64,000 nucleotides of DNA, from NCBI GenBank assembly GCA_963826535.1, contig CAWGXL010000010.1:298814-362813 (forward strand), given 5' to 3'. Made by a program: the position numbers and the translations under genes. Shown here piece after piece: positions 20,309 to 30,023 of the stretch. The DNA is from an uncultured bacterium (GTDB lineage Bacteria; Patescibacteriota; Microgenomatia; Levybacterales; UBA12049). How positions within the stretch are numbered: the first letter of the stretch is position 1; every line of letters begins with the position of its first letter. Below the pieces are notes generated by a model. That model saw nothing but the letters and a program-made list of their open reading frames with translations. It had not been told where the DNA came from and did no database searches.

Positions 20309-23300
20309 ATGTTTAAACCCGTTTCACCTAAAGTAGACTTCCCGGAAAAAGAACTAGAATTATTAAAGATGTGGCATGAAGAAGGAATTGTCGAAAAATA
20401 TTTACACCGCAACGATAAATCCAACAACCGTTTTTCCTTTTTAGATGGACCTATAACAGCAAACAATCCCATGGGTGTGCACCATGCATGGGGACGTACA
20501 TACAAAGACCTCTGGCAACGCTTTTGGAATATGCGGGGATATAAACAGCGTTTTCAAAATGGCTTTGACTGCCAGGGACTTTGGGTAGAAGTCGAGGTCG
20601 AAAAAGAATTGGGAATTCGTAATAAAAAAGATATAGAAAACCTTGTGCCAGGAAAAAAGAAGGAAAGCATCGCCAAATTTGTAAGTCTCTGCAAAGAACG
20701 AGTCCGCAAATTTAGTCATATTCAGACAGAGCAAAGTAAACGCCTAGGTTACTTTATGGATTGGGACAATTCTTACTTCACAATGTCGGATGAAAATAAT
20801 TACATGATCTGGTATTTTCTCAAAACTTGCCATGAAAAAGGCTGGATCTATAAAGGCAATGATTGCGTCCCCTGGTGTCCGCGCTGCGAAACAGCCATTT
20901 CTCAGCACGAAATGCTTACAGAAGACTACAAAGAAATTCAACACGAAACAGTTTTTCTCAAATTACCAATCGTTAGTCAGGGATGGGAAAATACGTATCT
21001 CCTAGTTTGGACTACCACGCCATGGACTATTCCTGCCAATGTCGCTATTGGCGTAAATGCCAAATATACCTATGGGGTATGGCAGAATGATGTATCAGGT
21101 GAAAAAGTTTTATTTATTGATAAAGATGAGAATAATATTACGCCTACCCGGCTATTAAAAGGAAAAGAAATTCCGGTAAATGAATATATTTTATTTAACC
21201 TCGAAAACGCTTTCACCAAAATAAAAGAAGTACCAGGACAGGAATTAGTCGGTCTTCACTATTTAGCACCATTTGACAATCTCCCCCTTGTCCAAAAAGC
21301 CAAAGACGAACACCCCAAAACATTCCATAAAGTTGTGAACGCCTCAAAAATTGTAACCGCTGGAGAGGGGACAGGATTATTACATGTTGCCCCCGGTGCC
21401 GGAAAAGAAGACTTTGACTTAGCTAAAACTGAACATTTATCCGTAATATCTCCGATAAACGATACTGCAGCATATGTTCAAGAAATGGGAGAATTTAACA
21501 GCAAAAACGCTAAAAAACACCCCGAACTAATTATCGATTATTTAAAAAATCAAGACAACGGAAAGTTTTTACTCAAAACAATGCACTACACCCATCGCTA
21601 TCCTGCATGTTGGCGCTGCAAAACCGAACTCGTCTGGAAAGTAACCCAAGAATGGTATATAGCCATGGATAAGCCGGAGAACTTGTCCGCCAGCCGGCGG
21701 AAAGGCAAAGGTAAAACTTTAAGAATGCAGATGATCGAAGTCGCCAAAAAAATCGACTGGCACCCCAAATTTGGCTTAGAAAGAGAATTAGATTGGTTAG
21801 CAAACATGCACGATTGGTTAATTAGTAAGAAGAACAGATATTGGGGCCTCGCCCTTCCTATCTACGAATGTAATAAATGTGGACACTTCGAAGTCATCGG
21901 CTCCAAAGAAGAACTAAAAGAAAAAGCTGTTTCCGGCTGGAAAGAATTTACAGGTCACACCCCGCATAAGCCATATATTGATGAGGTAAAAATAAAATGT
22001 TCCAAATGTGCGGAGACTGTCTCTCGTCTTGATGACGTCGCCAATGTTTGGCTCGATGCCGGTATTGTTCCATTTTCCACTCTTATAGATCCGCAAACCA
22101 AGAAATTAAGCTACACTACAGACAAGAAATACTGGAAGAAATGGTTTCCTGCTGACTTGGTTAGTGAACAGCTTGCCGGACAATTTAAGAATTGGTTTTA
22201 TGCTTTGATAGCCATGTCAACAGTTCTTGAAAAAACAAATCCTTTTAAGTCGCTTTTTGGCTACGGAACTGTTTTTGGGGAGGATGGAAGACCCATGCAT
22301 AAATCTTGGGGTAATTCTATCGAATTTAATGAAGCAGCAGACAAAATCGGTGTTGATGTGATGCGATGGATGTATGCAACAGCGGATCCGGAGCAAAATA
22401 TTTTATTTGGTTACAAAAAAGCTGATGAAGTGCGCCGGAGATTTCATCTTATGCTCTGGAATATCTATAATTTTTTTGTAACCTATTCCAATGTTGACTC
22501 ATGGGAACCGGATCTCACCAAATTCGCGACCCGTCCATCTGATAATATTCTTGACACCTGGATCATTTCTCGTTTACACGCAACCATTAAAATAGTTACT
22601 CAAAACTTAGAAAAATACGATATCCAAAATGCAAGTCTTGCAATTGAATCATTTGTTCAGGACATATCGCTCTGGTATATCCGCCGGAGTCGTGTCAGAG
22701 TCGGACCTTCTGCGGTAAATGAAAAAGATAAGAAAAATTTTTATGAAACAACTTACGCGCTACTTATTACATTAAGCAAACTGCTCGCACCTTTCACCCC
22801 ATTTATTGCAGAAGAAATCTATACCAATCTTACAGGTGAATCATCCGTTCATCTCACTAATTGGCCAAATACAATAAATCAATTATTAAATCCTGAGCTT
22901 GAAACCGATATGTCAAATGGCCGTTTACTCGCATCGGAAGTATTAATGAAACGTAAAATCACAAGTATTAAAGTCCGTATACCTTTGAAAAAAATAACTT
23001 ATATTGGACCTGAAGAATTATCCGTAAGTGTCAATAAAATCGTTCGGGATGAAGTTAATGTGCAGGATCTAAAATTTGCACAACAAAGTCAATCTTACGA
23101 GGTAAAAAGTCCCGATAAAGAACTTTCAGATATTAGCAATCAGGATGAAGAGCTCGGACATGCCCGGGAGATTGTAAGACAAATCCAGGAAGAGAGAAAG
23201 AAGCTCGCGACTAGACTGGATGAAAAAGTTGATGTGACACTAACCGAATGGCCTTCTTTACACGAGGAATATATCAAAAGAAACGCTCTAGTTAGTTCAC

Positions 23301-23338
23301 TTAAGAAAGGGGAGTTTCAAGTTAAGCGTTTGAGTTAA
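20309..23338 (+). CDS. ileS: Isoleucine--tRNA ligase
   Basis: FLDGPITAN, GFDCQGL, editing motifs WTTTPWT and GTGLLHVAP, HRYPACWRC, DWLISK, PMHKS (KMSKS variant). Confidence 0.96.
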   Translation: MFKPVSPKVDFPEKELELLKMWHEEGIVEKYLHRNDKSNNRFSFLDGPITANNPMGVHHAWGRTYKDLWQRFWNMRGYKQRFQNGFDCQGLWVEVEVEKELGIRNKKDIENLVPGKKKESIAKFVSLCKERVRKFSHIQTEQSKRLGYFMDWDNSYFTMSDENNYMIWYFLKTCHEKGWIYKGNDCVPWCPRCETAISQHEMLTEDYKEIQHETVFLKLPIVSQGWENTYLLVWTTTPWTIPANVAIGVNAKYTYGVWQNDVSGEKVLFIDKDENNITPTRLLKGKEIPVNEYILFNLENAFTKIKEVPGQELVGLHYLAPFDNLPLVQKAKDEHPKTFHKVVNASKIVTAGEGTGLLHVAPGAGKEDFDLAKTEHLSVISPINDTAAYVQEMGEFNSKNAKKHPELIIDYLKNQDNGKFLLKTMHYTHRYPACWRCKTELVWKVTQEWYIAMDKPENLSASRRKGKGKTLRMQMIEVAKKIDWHPKFGLERELDWLANMHDWLISKKNRYWGLALPIYECNKCGHFEVIGSKEELKEKAVSGWKEFTGHTPHKPYIDEVKIKCSKCAETVSRLDDVANVWLDAGIVPFSTLIDPQTKKLSYTTDKKYWKKWFPADLVSEQLAGQFKNWFYALIAMSTVLEKTNPFKSLFGYGTVFGEDGRPMHKSWGNSIEFNEAADKIGVDVMRWMYATADPEQNILFGYKKADEVRRRFHLMLWNIYNFFVTYSNVDSWEPDLTKFATRPSDNILDTWIISRLHATIKIVTQNLEKYDIQNASLAIESFVQDISLWYIRRSRVRVGPSAVNEKDKKNFYETTYALLITLSKLLAPFTPFIAEEIYTNLTGESSVHLTNWPNTINQLLNPELETDMSNGRLLASEVLMKRKITSIKVRIPLKKITYIGPEELSVSVNKIVRDEVNVQDLKFAQQSQSYEVKSPDKELSDISNQDEELGHAREIVRQIQEERKKLATRLDEKVDVTLTEWPSLHEEYIKRNALVSSLKKGEFQVKRLS
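21686..21701. repeat. Short palindromic element TCCGCC-AGCC-GGCGGA in-frame within ileS
   Basis: 6-bp inverted repeat with a 4-nt loop, GC-rich in AT-rich context; encodes part of LSASRRK. Confidence 0.6.
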
Positions 23339-23359
23339 CCACTCACCCTACTCAAATTA

Positions 23360-23408
23360 TTGTCATTCCCGCGCCTGCCCGCCTATGGAGGGTTTAGGGG
23401 AATGACAA
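23360..23408. repeat. REP-like palindromic element (GTCATTCCC family), possibly acting as the ileS terminator
   Basis: TTGTCATTCCC ... GGGAATGACAA 11-bp inverted repeat enclosing a GCCTGCCCGCC remnant. Confidence 0.75.
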
Positions 23409-23444
23409 AGCTTTGTTTAACATGAGTTAAACGACGATTCTTTC

Positions 23445-24521
23445 ATGGGAATAAAACTAAAAATCGATTTTTGGCTTCTCGCTCCAGTTTGCGTGCTCCT
23501 GCTTATCGGACTTACAACACTTTCTTCAATAAACCCTCTATTTCTTCGAAATCAAAGCTTTTCCCTTATTATTGCGATTATTATTTTTTTATTTTTAACT
23601 CAAATAGACTATAAAGTTTATAAAAATATAAAAATCCCGATTTATATTCTCTCAATAATAATGCTTTTTATAGTACTTCTAATAGGTCTAGAAAGTAGAG
23701 GAGCAGTCCGCTGGATTGAACTATTTGGAGTACGTATACAACTTTCCGAGATCTTCAAGCCAATTCTCTCCTTGGCTTTTGCAGCTTATATTGCAGATAA
23801 AAAACGCATAACATTCAAAACATTTCTTTCCATGATTATATTTTTAATTCCTGTCGCGGTTTTAATTTACCTTCAGCCGGATTTAGGGAATGCTTTAATT
23901 TATATCGGAGTTTTTTTTCTCACATTAATTATCATCGGACTTCCAATTGTTTGGTTTTTAATAGCTGTTTTGCCCGTAATATTAGTTTCTCCATTTTTCT
24001 GGAATATGCTTCATGATTACCAGCGGCAAAGAATTATTACATTTTTAAATCCCACAAATGACCCGCTCGGGACGTCATATAATAGCATCCAAGCTTTAAT
24101 TGCCGTCGGCTCAGGAATGTTCTTTGGAAAAGGGCTCGGAGAAAGCACGCAATCAGGATTACGATTTCTTCCCGAAAGGCATACGGATTTTATCTTCGCT
24201 ACGCTCTCAGAAGGAATGGGTTTTACCGGTGGGATTATTGTAATTCTCGCTTTCACTTTCCTTTTATATCGTATCTATAAAATTTTCGGAAGCGCGACTG
24301 GTCTATATGAAAAAACCTTTCTTGCCTGTGGCTTTTTTTTCTTTCTCATTCAATTTTTATTAAATATAGGCATGAATATTGGTATCCTACCGGTAGTTGG
24401 AGTTACTCTACCATTCGTTTCATTTGGCGGAAGTTCACTTGTAGCTAATTTTATCTTCTTGAGCATTATTTCTTCAATCAGCGTTTCACAGAAAAAAAGT
24501 TACGTGCTGGAAATTAAATGA
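23445..24521 (+). CDS. rodA: SEDS family peptidoglycan glycosyltransferase RodA
   Basis: GAVRWI, IQLSE, LQPDLG, YQRQRI, AVGSG, FLPERHTDFIF, GVTLPFVSFGGS. Confidence 0.93.
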   Translation: MGIKLKIDFWLLAPVCVLLLIGLTTLSSINPLFLRNQSFSLIIAIIIFLFLTQIDYKVYKNIKIPIYILSIIMLFIVLLIGLESRGAVRWIELFGVRIQLSEIFKPILSLAFAAYIADKKRITFKTFLSMIIFLIPVAVLIYLQPDLGNALIYIGVFFLTLIIIGLPIVWFLIAVLPVILVSPFFWNMLHDYQRQRIITFLNPTNDPLGTSYNSIQALIAVGSGMFFGKGLGESTQSGLRFLPERHTDFIFATLSEGMGFTGGIIVILAFTFLLYRIYKIFGSATGLYEKTFLACGFFFFLIQFLLNIGMNIGILPVVGVTLPFVSFGGSSLVANFIFLSIISSISVSQKKSYVLEIK

Positions 24522-24550
24522 ATATTTTGGTATAATTTAATCTCAATAAT

Positions 24551-24931
24551 ATGGACTATGCAATTATAGAATCAGGAGGCAAGCAATATAAGGCTAGCAT
24601 TGGTGGAATATTAGATATTGATAGGTTGAATCTGGCTCCGGGAAATACACACTTATTTGAAAAAGTGCTGTTGTACACAGCAGGAGGTGTATGCAAAATT
24701 GGCCGCCCTACACTAAATGAAGTTTCGGTACAGGGAAAAGTATTAGAACATTTTAAGGGAGACAAAATCCGCGTCGCGAAATTTAAAGCCAAAGCCAGGT
24801 ACAGAAAAGTTCAGGGTCATAGACAATTGCTCACCAGAATACAAATCACTGAAATTTCAAACAATCAATCAAATGCCAAGTCAGAGAAGAAAGCCGCAGC
24901 TGCCACGGATGTTAAAAAAAGTAAAAAATAA
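24551..24931 (+). CDS. rplU: 50S ribosomal protein L21
   Basis: YAIIESGGKQYK...GHRQLLTRIQI. Confidence 0.97.
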   Translation: MDYAIIESGGKQYKASIGGILDIDRLNLAPGNTHLFEKVLLYTAGGVCKIGRPTLNEVSVQGKVLEHFKGDKIRVAKFKAKARYRKVQGHRQLLTRIQITEISNNQSNAKSEKKAAAATDVKKSKK

Positions 24932-25041
24932 TTAAGAATTCTTATAGCTTTACCGATTAATACTTGACATCCGTGAAAAGCTATCGTATTATAAAAATAA
25001 ATTTTCACAATTCAATTTTAACTTTGAACTTTTAATTATAT

Positions 25042-25293
25042 ATGGCACATACAAAAGCACAAGGATCAGTAAAAGGCAATCGCGATTCTAGACCAAAATA
25101 CCTGGGGATAAAATTATATGGCGGAGAAAAAGCAATTCCGGGTAATATTCTGGTGCGTCAAAGGGGCAGCAAATTTAATGCCGGAAAAGGTGTATCAACT
25201 GGAAAAGACTTTACACTTTTCGCGACAGAAGCTGGAAAAGTAAGCTACATACAGCGGCTAGGTAAAAGAATAGTCCAAGTTATAAATGAATAA
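25042..25293 (+). CDS. rpmA: 50S ribosomal protein L27
   Basis: MAHTKAQGSVKGNRDS..LGIK..GNILVRQRG..GKDFTLFA. Confidence 0.97.
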   Translation: MAHTKAQGSVKGNRDSRPKYLGIKLYGGEKAIPGNILVRQRGSKFNAGKGVSTGKDFTLFATEAGKVSYIQRLGKRIVQVINE

Positions 25294-26110
25294 TCCCATT
25301 CAGGATAACAAAATATATGAATTGGACACAATGGAACTGCAGACCAATCCTCTGCAGCCGAGAGGTGTAATTACCCCTGATTCTCTTGCAGATCTGGTAG
25401 AATCTATCCGCGAACAAGGAATACTTGAACCCATTGTTGTCGCCAAAACACCAGCCGGATATCAAATTATTGCCGGCGAACGCCGTTGGCGGGCAGCCAA
25501 AATTCTCGGTCTAACTAAAATACCCGTTGTTGTCAAAGAAACTACACCGCAAGGGATGCTGGAAATGTCCATAGTTGAGAATGTTCAGCGTGAAGACCTC
25601 AATCCTATTGAACGCGCTCTGGCATATCGAAGACTTATTGACGAATTCGGATTAGGAACTACTGAGGTAGCCAAAAGAGTCGGAAAAAGTGTGCCGGCAG
25701 TCTCTAACACAATTCGACTTCTCTCATTACCCGATGCTATAAAAGATGCACTTGTCGCAGGAGTAATTACAGAAGGTCATGTACGCCCATTGCTTTCCCT
25801 GGGCGATCCCAAATTAATGCTTGATGTCTTCAAAACAATTTTGAAGGACAATTACACAGTCCGTCAAACAGAAGAATTAGCCCGTAAAATAAAAGGTGAT
25901 ATACAACAAAAAGAACCGAAGTCGGAAAAAGCCCACTTATGGATTCCTGAACAGGACCAAATGGCCAAGGAAATACAGGAGAAATATGAAGCAGATGATG
26001 TTGCCATTCAGCAATCTGGCAGACAAGTTAAAATCGTTATTATTATGAAAGGCGAACCTGAAATCACCACTAAGAAACTCCACCATCTTCACAAAACACT
26101 AACAGGGTAA
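25286..26110 (+). CDS. parB: ParB/Spo0J chromosome partitioning protein
   Basis: NPLQPR, GILEPIVV, IIAGERRWRAA, ENVQREDLNPIE, helix-turn-helix. Confidence 0.95.
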   Translation: MNNPIQDNKIYELDTMELQTNPLQPRGVITPDSLADLVESIREQGILEPIVVAKTPAGYQIIAGERRWRAAKILGLTKIPVVVKETTPQGMLEMSIVENVQREDLNPIERALAYRRLIDEFGLGTTEVAKRVGKSVPAVSNTIRLLSLPDAIKDALVAGVITEGHVRPLLSLGDPKLMLDVFKTILKDNYTVRQTEELARKIKGDIQQKEPKSEKAHLWIPEQDQMAKEIQEKYEADDVAIQQSGRQVKIVIIMKGEPEITTKKLHHLHKTLTG

Positions 26111-26114
26111 ATTA

Positions 26115-26687
26115 TTATTTAGTAGAAGCTATATATGGATTTGTAATCGGCCTCATCGTATTCACAGGCCAGTACACGTAGAATGATATTCCGATAATAT
26201 CATCTTTACCTAGAAATCCCCACTCCCTCGAATCAGAGCTATAAGGCCTATTGTCACCCATAACAATAAAATTACCCTCAGGAACTACAATTGGCTCACC
26301 ATCCTTCATAAAAGAACCTCCATAAGTTCTCATATCACTTGCCAAATAAACACTTTCATTAAGCTTGCTTCCATTCACATATACAAACCCCTCCTTAACA
26401 AGCACTGTGTCTCCATGTTCGCCTATTACCCTCTTAATAAAATCTTTTTCTTTATCCGTTGGCGCTTTAAATACAATGACATCACCTTTATGTGGCTCAC
26501 TAAACCGTAAACCAATAAGATTAGTAAGAATATATTCTTTATTTTTAAATGTAGGATGCATAGAATCCCCGCTTACTTGGAATGGCCTGAGAATAAAAAT
26601 ATATATAACCAAAAAAATCGATGCAGCCATGAGAAATGTCTGCATAATATCAAGCACGATTGAGTAGGCCTTTTTCAGTATCTCCAT
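26115..26687 (-). CDS. lepB: Signal peptidase I
   Basis: N-terminal TM helix, VSGDSMHPT, FIKRVIG, MGDNRPYSSDSR. Confidence 0.95.
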   Translation of the reverse strand: MEILKKAYSIVLDIMQTFLMAASIFLVIYIFILRPFQVSGDSMHPTFKNKEYILTNLIGLRFSEPHKGDVIVFKAPTDKEKDFIKRVIGEHGDTVLVKEGFVYVNGSKLNESVYLASDMRTYGGSFMKDGEPIVVPEGNFIVMGDNRPYSSDSREWGFLGKDDIIGISFYVYWPVNTMRPITNPYIASTK

Positions 26688-26761
26688 AATGGAACTAATT
26701 ATCTCAATTGCGATTTACATTTGTCAACGTGGAGAGTTTTTGTTAAGATGAAAAAATATCA

Positions 26762-26835
26762 GGCCATTTAGCTCAGTTGGTTAGAGCGCTTCGTTCACAT
26801 CGAAGAGGCCGAAGGTCCGAATCCTTCAATGGCCA
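26762..26835 (+). tRNA. tRNA-Val(CAC), CCA not encoded
   Basis: Acceptor GGCCATT/AATGGCC+A, D arm GCTC..GAGC, anticodon arm CTTCG-TTCACAT-CGAAG, T arm GAAGG-TCCGAAT-CCTTC. Confidence 0.95.
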
Positions 26836-26846
26836 CTATAATGCTT

Positions 26847-27629
26847 TTATGCTGCTTGTCTGTCTCGCTTTGAGAGAGGACTTAACATCCCCTGCTTTAA
26901 AAGCATTCTTTTCAGCCAATCTGATTTAGATTGAGCATCCTTTGTGGGTTGAATACCTTGTCTCCTAAGTCCGCTTTCAACCATTCTATTTGCCCTTAAC
27001 AAGCTATCATAGTGTCCGGGGATAAAAGGGGGCTTCAATTCAATTTCAATCACCTTTAATTTATCGCCCGCAAACCTTCTATATTCAGCTATCGATTGCT
27101 CCTTAAGTATTTCACATCTGTCCCCTGCAATCTCGACAATTGTCCCGTCAGACATTTGCACATCTCTCATCCATCTCTCTTTAATGAAAGTTGGTGAAAA
27201 AATTTGTATGTCAGGATTTACATTTAGCTGAATCAATGCACTTTCTATAGCTTTCGTCCTGCTTTTATCAGACTTAGGGTCAAATCGTATTTGGTTTTCT
27301 TGCATCGCAGAGAAGAATTGCATTTCATCATTTTCTTTAAGCGGTTCTTTATAACGCACTATGCTTCCCTCAGGGGCTTCAATCACCGTTACGCTTTTAT
27401 ATTTTGGTTTATTACCTGAGGTATTAACTTCTTCCGAAAAAACACAAAAACGGTTCGAGCTTTGGTATCTTGTGTCAGATACACCTCTGGCCCACGTAAT
27501 TTCAAGAGAACTTATTATTCTCTTAACTTTAGCACGGGAATCCAGCCCAATTCGTGCCTCAATCTCCACATGCCTTTTTTCTAGGTCAGATCCAGCATTC
27601 TCCCGATTTTCTTCTACACTTCTACCCAT
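26847..27629 (-). CDS. CYTH / triphosphate tunnel metalloenzyme-like protein
   Basis: N-terminal EIEAR (ExExK/R), RYKEP, KERW, VEIAGD, IEIELK and C-terminal SK follow the CYTH motif order; probable start MGRSVEE. Confidence 0.72.
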   Translation of the reverse strand: MGRSVEENRENAGSDLEKRHVEIEARIGLDSRAKVKRIISSLEITWARGVSDTRYQSSNRFCVFSEEVNTSGNKPKYKSVTVIEAPEGSIVRYKEPLKENDEMQFFSAMQENQIRFDPKSDKSRTKAIESALIQLNVNPDIQIFSPTFIKERWMRDVQMSDGTIVEIAGDRCEILKEQSIAEYRRFAGDKLKVIEIELKPPFIPGHYDSLLRANRMVESGLRRQGIQPTKDAQSKSDWLKRMLLKQGMLSPLSKRDRQAA

Positions 27630-28890
27630 GTTTTTGTTCAAATATTATAATATTTCTTTTAATTTGCTCACCTGTTATTATAATTTGCGCGTTACCGTCA
27701 CCATTCCTTAGACGACGAGTCCGCACGGATGCTCGATAAAGAACATTCTTCAATTCTCGGGCATTTCTTGGCCAGTCATATTCTAAAAGTACCCGGTTTG
27801 CGTCTAAGCCCAAAGCATACTGCTTTCCGTCTGTACTCATTTTCTCTAAAAAATATTTTCCAAGTTCCCGAATATCCTCTGGACGCTCACGAAGAGGATC
27901 TAACTCAATAAATCCAGTTGTTAGTCGTTCAACTAGATCTTCATCCAATTCCAAATCATCTAGTCGTTTGTTTGTTGCTGTAACAACACGACCATTGAAA
28001 AAATCAGGTTTTTTTAAATTTTGGCTGCCCACCGAAATAATTTCTCCAGTATCAAAGAATGTTAAGAGTTTTGCCCGCACAGGTGGAGGCAGATGAGAAA
28101 CCTCATCTAGAAATATCGTACCACCATCTACTTGTCTAAATAAACCCCTACTGCTTCTAAATGCACTGGTAAAAGCTCCCTTTTCATGACCAAAAAGAAT
28201 ACTTTCAGCCATCTCGGGAGGAATTTGAGCGCTGTTAAATTTAATGTATGGTTTATTTCTTCTCTCTGAAAAAATATGTAAAAGCCTGGCTACAAGGTCT
28301 TTGCCTGTACCTGATTCTCCTTGTATTAGCACGGTTCCGCCTCCCTCTGCATAATCTTTAACCTTTTCAACAACCTCCTTACTACTCTCGCTCGCACAAA
28401 CCATCTCAATCCCGTTCCCCAATGGTATACGTTCTACCTCAGAATTATTTTTAGGCAGTTGCTCACTCCCAATTATATTATATGAGTAATCCTCATTAGG
28501 AGATAATTTCATTCTGCGATCAACAGTACCCCACGTCATTCCCATGCGTTCAGCAACCATTTTCTTACTATATCCCTGTCTGTTTAGCATATTCATAAAT
28601 GCATTAGATATAGCTTTAAAATTTGTTTGTTTATAATCAAAGACAATTGTAGCTTCACCACTTGCTCCCATTTCAATATGAATCGCTTTTCTATAAAGTG
28701 GTTCTTCTTGAGTATTTAAAACGACTTTCGTTCCTATGGTAGTTTGATTTGAGGATTGTTCTCGTCTATAACCACGAGCTTCTATATTGGGTGTTTCAGC
28801 CTCAGAAAGTCTTAGTAATGAAACTACATCTACCTGATGTTTATCGCCTTCTCGTATTGTTCTCAAATCTCTATAAACCTCATTTGCCAT
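27622..28890 (-). CDS. Sigma54-activator-type (NtrC/bEBP) AAA+ protein with an HTH before the ATPase
   Basis: VLIQGESGTGKDLVARLLH, ESILFGHEKGAFTSA, GGTIFLDEV, PLRERPEDI, YDWPRNAREL; HTH-like YSKKMVAERMGMTWGTVDRR upstream of the ATPase; no C-terminal Fis-type HTH. Confidence 0.88.
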   Translation of the reverse strand: MANEVYRDLRTIREGDKHQVDVVSLLRLSEAETPNIEARGYRREQSSNQTTIGTKVVLNTQEEPLYRKAIHIEMGASGEATIVFDYKQTNFKAISNAFMNMLNRQGYSKKMVAERMGMTWGTVDRRMKLSPNEDYSYNIIGSEQLPKNNSEVERIPLGNGIEMVCASESSKEVVEKVKDYAEGGGTVLIQGESGTGKDLVARLLHIFSERRNKPYIKFNSAQIPPEMAESILFGHEKGAFTSAFRSSRGLFRQVDGGTIFLDEVSHLPPPVRAKLLTFFDTGEIISVGSQNLKKPDFFNGRVVTATNKRLDDLELDEDLVERLTTGFIELDPLRERPEDIRELGKYFLEKMSTDGKQYALGLDANRVLLEYDWPRNARELKNVLYRASVRTRRLRNGDGNAQIIITGEQIKRNIIIFEQKHG

Positions 28891-28982
28891 ATATAATTAT
28901 AAGATTATAGTAAGATAAATGTATTATATAGATAAGAATGTAATTTTCAAGTAGCAAGCTATATAATACAAATAACTAAATT

Positions 28983-30023
28983 ATGACAATTCTCTTTCTG
29001 GCACGACTTTTCTATCCTCACATTGGCGGGGTAGAGAAGCACGTCTTAGAAGTAAGCAAAAGATTAGTACAACTGGGCCATAGGGTTATTGTAGTTACTG
29101 AAAACCATAAACCCCCCTTGACCCATTTAGTTAATAGGATAGAGGGGATTGAAATAATCAGAATTAACGCGGGTAAAGATGACATGTTCAAAAAATTTAG
29201 AATTTGGAAAAGCTTATGGCAACTAAGAACGATAATAAAAGAAGCTGACATAATCCATTGTCACGACGTATTCTTTTGGTACCTACCCTTTCGCTTCCTT
29301 TACCCCCGTAAACCTGTTTATACAACCTTTCATGGTTATGAAAGCTACCCGGTTTCCATGAAAGCAATCATAATAAGAAAAATTTCTGAAAAATTATCCT
29401 GGGGTAATATTTGCATTGGAGACTTTATAAAAAAATGGTATGGTACAAAGTCTGATTATGTTTCATACGGGGCAGTAGATAGTGTCATTGCGAGGAGGCA
29501 CGACCAAGCAATCCTCAAAAATGACAAAAAATATTCAGCCCTTTTTATCGGCAGACTTGACGAGCAGACTGGTATATTAACCTATGTAAAAGCTCTTGAA
29601 ATACTTAAGATAAAATATCCAAACTTTGAATTACTAGTCGTAGGCGATGGGGAATATAAACGCCTAATTGAAAGACAAGTAAAAGTTTTAGGCTTCCAAA
29701 AAAATCCTGAGAAATATTTAAGACAATCTCATTTTGCATTTGTTTCCCGTTATTTATCTATTCTTGAAGCAATTGCCGCAAAAAGATTGGTTTTTGCCGT
29801 GTACGATAATCCAATTAAAGAAGACTATTTAAAAATGACACCATTTGCCAAGTTTATTATTATTGAAAATGATCCTGAAAGACTTGCAGAAAAAGTTAAA
29901 TACTTTTTAACCCATCCCGAAAAAGAAAAGGATTTAGTGAATGATGCTTATGATTGGGTGAAAAAACAGTCATGGGACACTTTGGTAAAATTATATTTGT
30001 CTCTTTGGAATAAACCTCTTTAA
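28983..30023 (+). CDS. Glycosyltransferase family 4
   Basis: FYPHIGGVEKHV, TTFHG, FIGRL, SILEAIA. Confidence 0.9.
   Translation: MTILFLARLFYPHIGGVEKHVLEVSKRLVQLGHRVIVVTENHKPPLTHLVNRIEGIEIIRINAGKDDMFKKFRIWKSLWQLRTIIKEADIIHCHDVFFWYLPFRFLYPRKPVYTTFHGYESYPVSMKAIIIRKISEKLSWGNICIGDFIKKWYGTKSDYVSYGAVDSVIARRHDQAILKNDKKYSALFIGRLDEQTGILTYVKALEILKIKYPNFELLVVGDGEYKRLIERQVKVLGFQKNPEKYLRQSHFAFVSRYLSILEAIAAKRLVFAVYDNPIKEDYLKMTPFAKFIIIENDPERLAEKVKYFLTHPEKEKDLVNDAYDWVKKQSWDTLVKLYLSLWNKPL
29483..29513. repeat. REP-like GTCATTGCGAG element in-frame within the GT4 gene
   Basis: TGTCATTGCGAGGAGGCACGACCAAGCAATC with ATTGC/GCAAT arms; encodes VIARRHDQAI in the interdomain linker. Confidence 0.65.

Noticed and set aside
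26762-28890. Integrative element or prophage at tRNA-Val
   Set aside because: No integrase, phage gene or duplicated tRNA 3' end was found by eye
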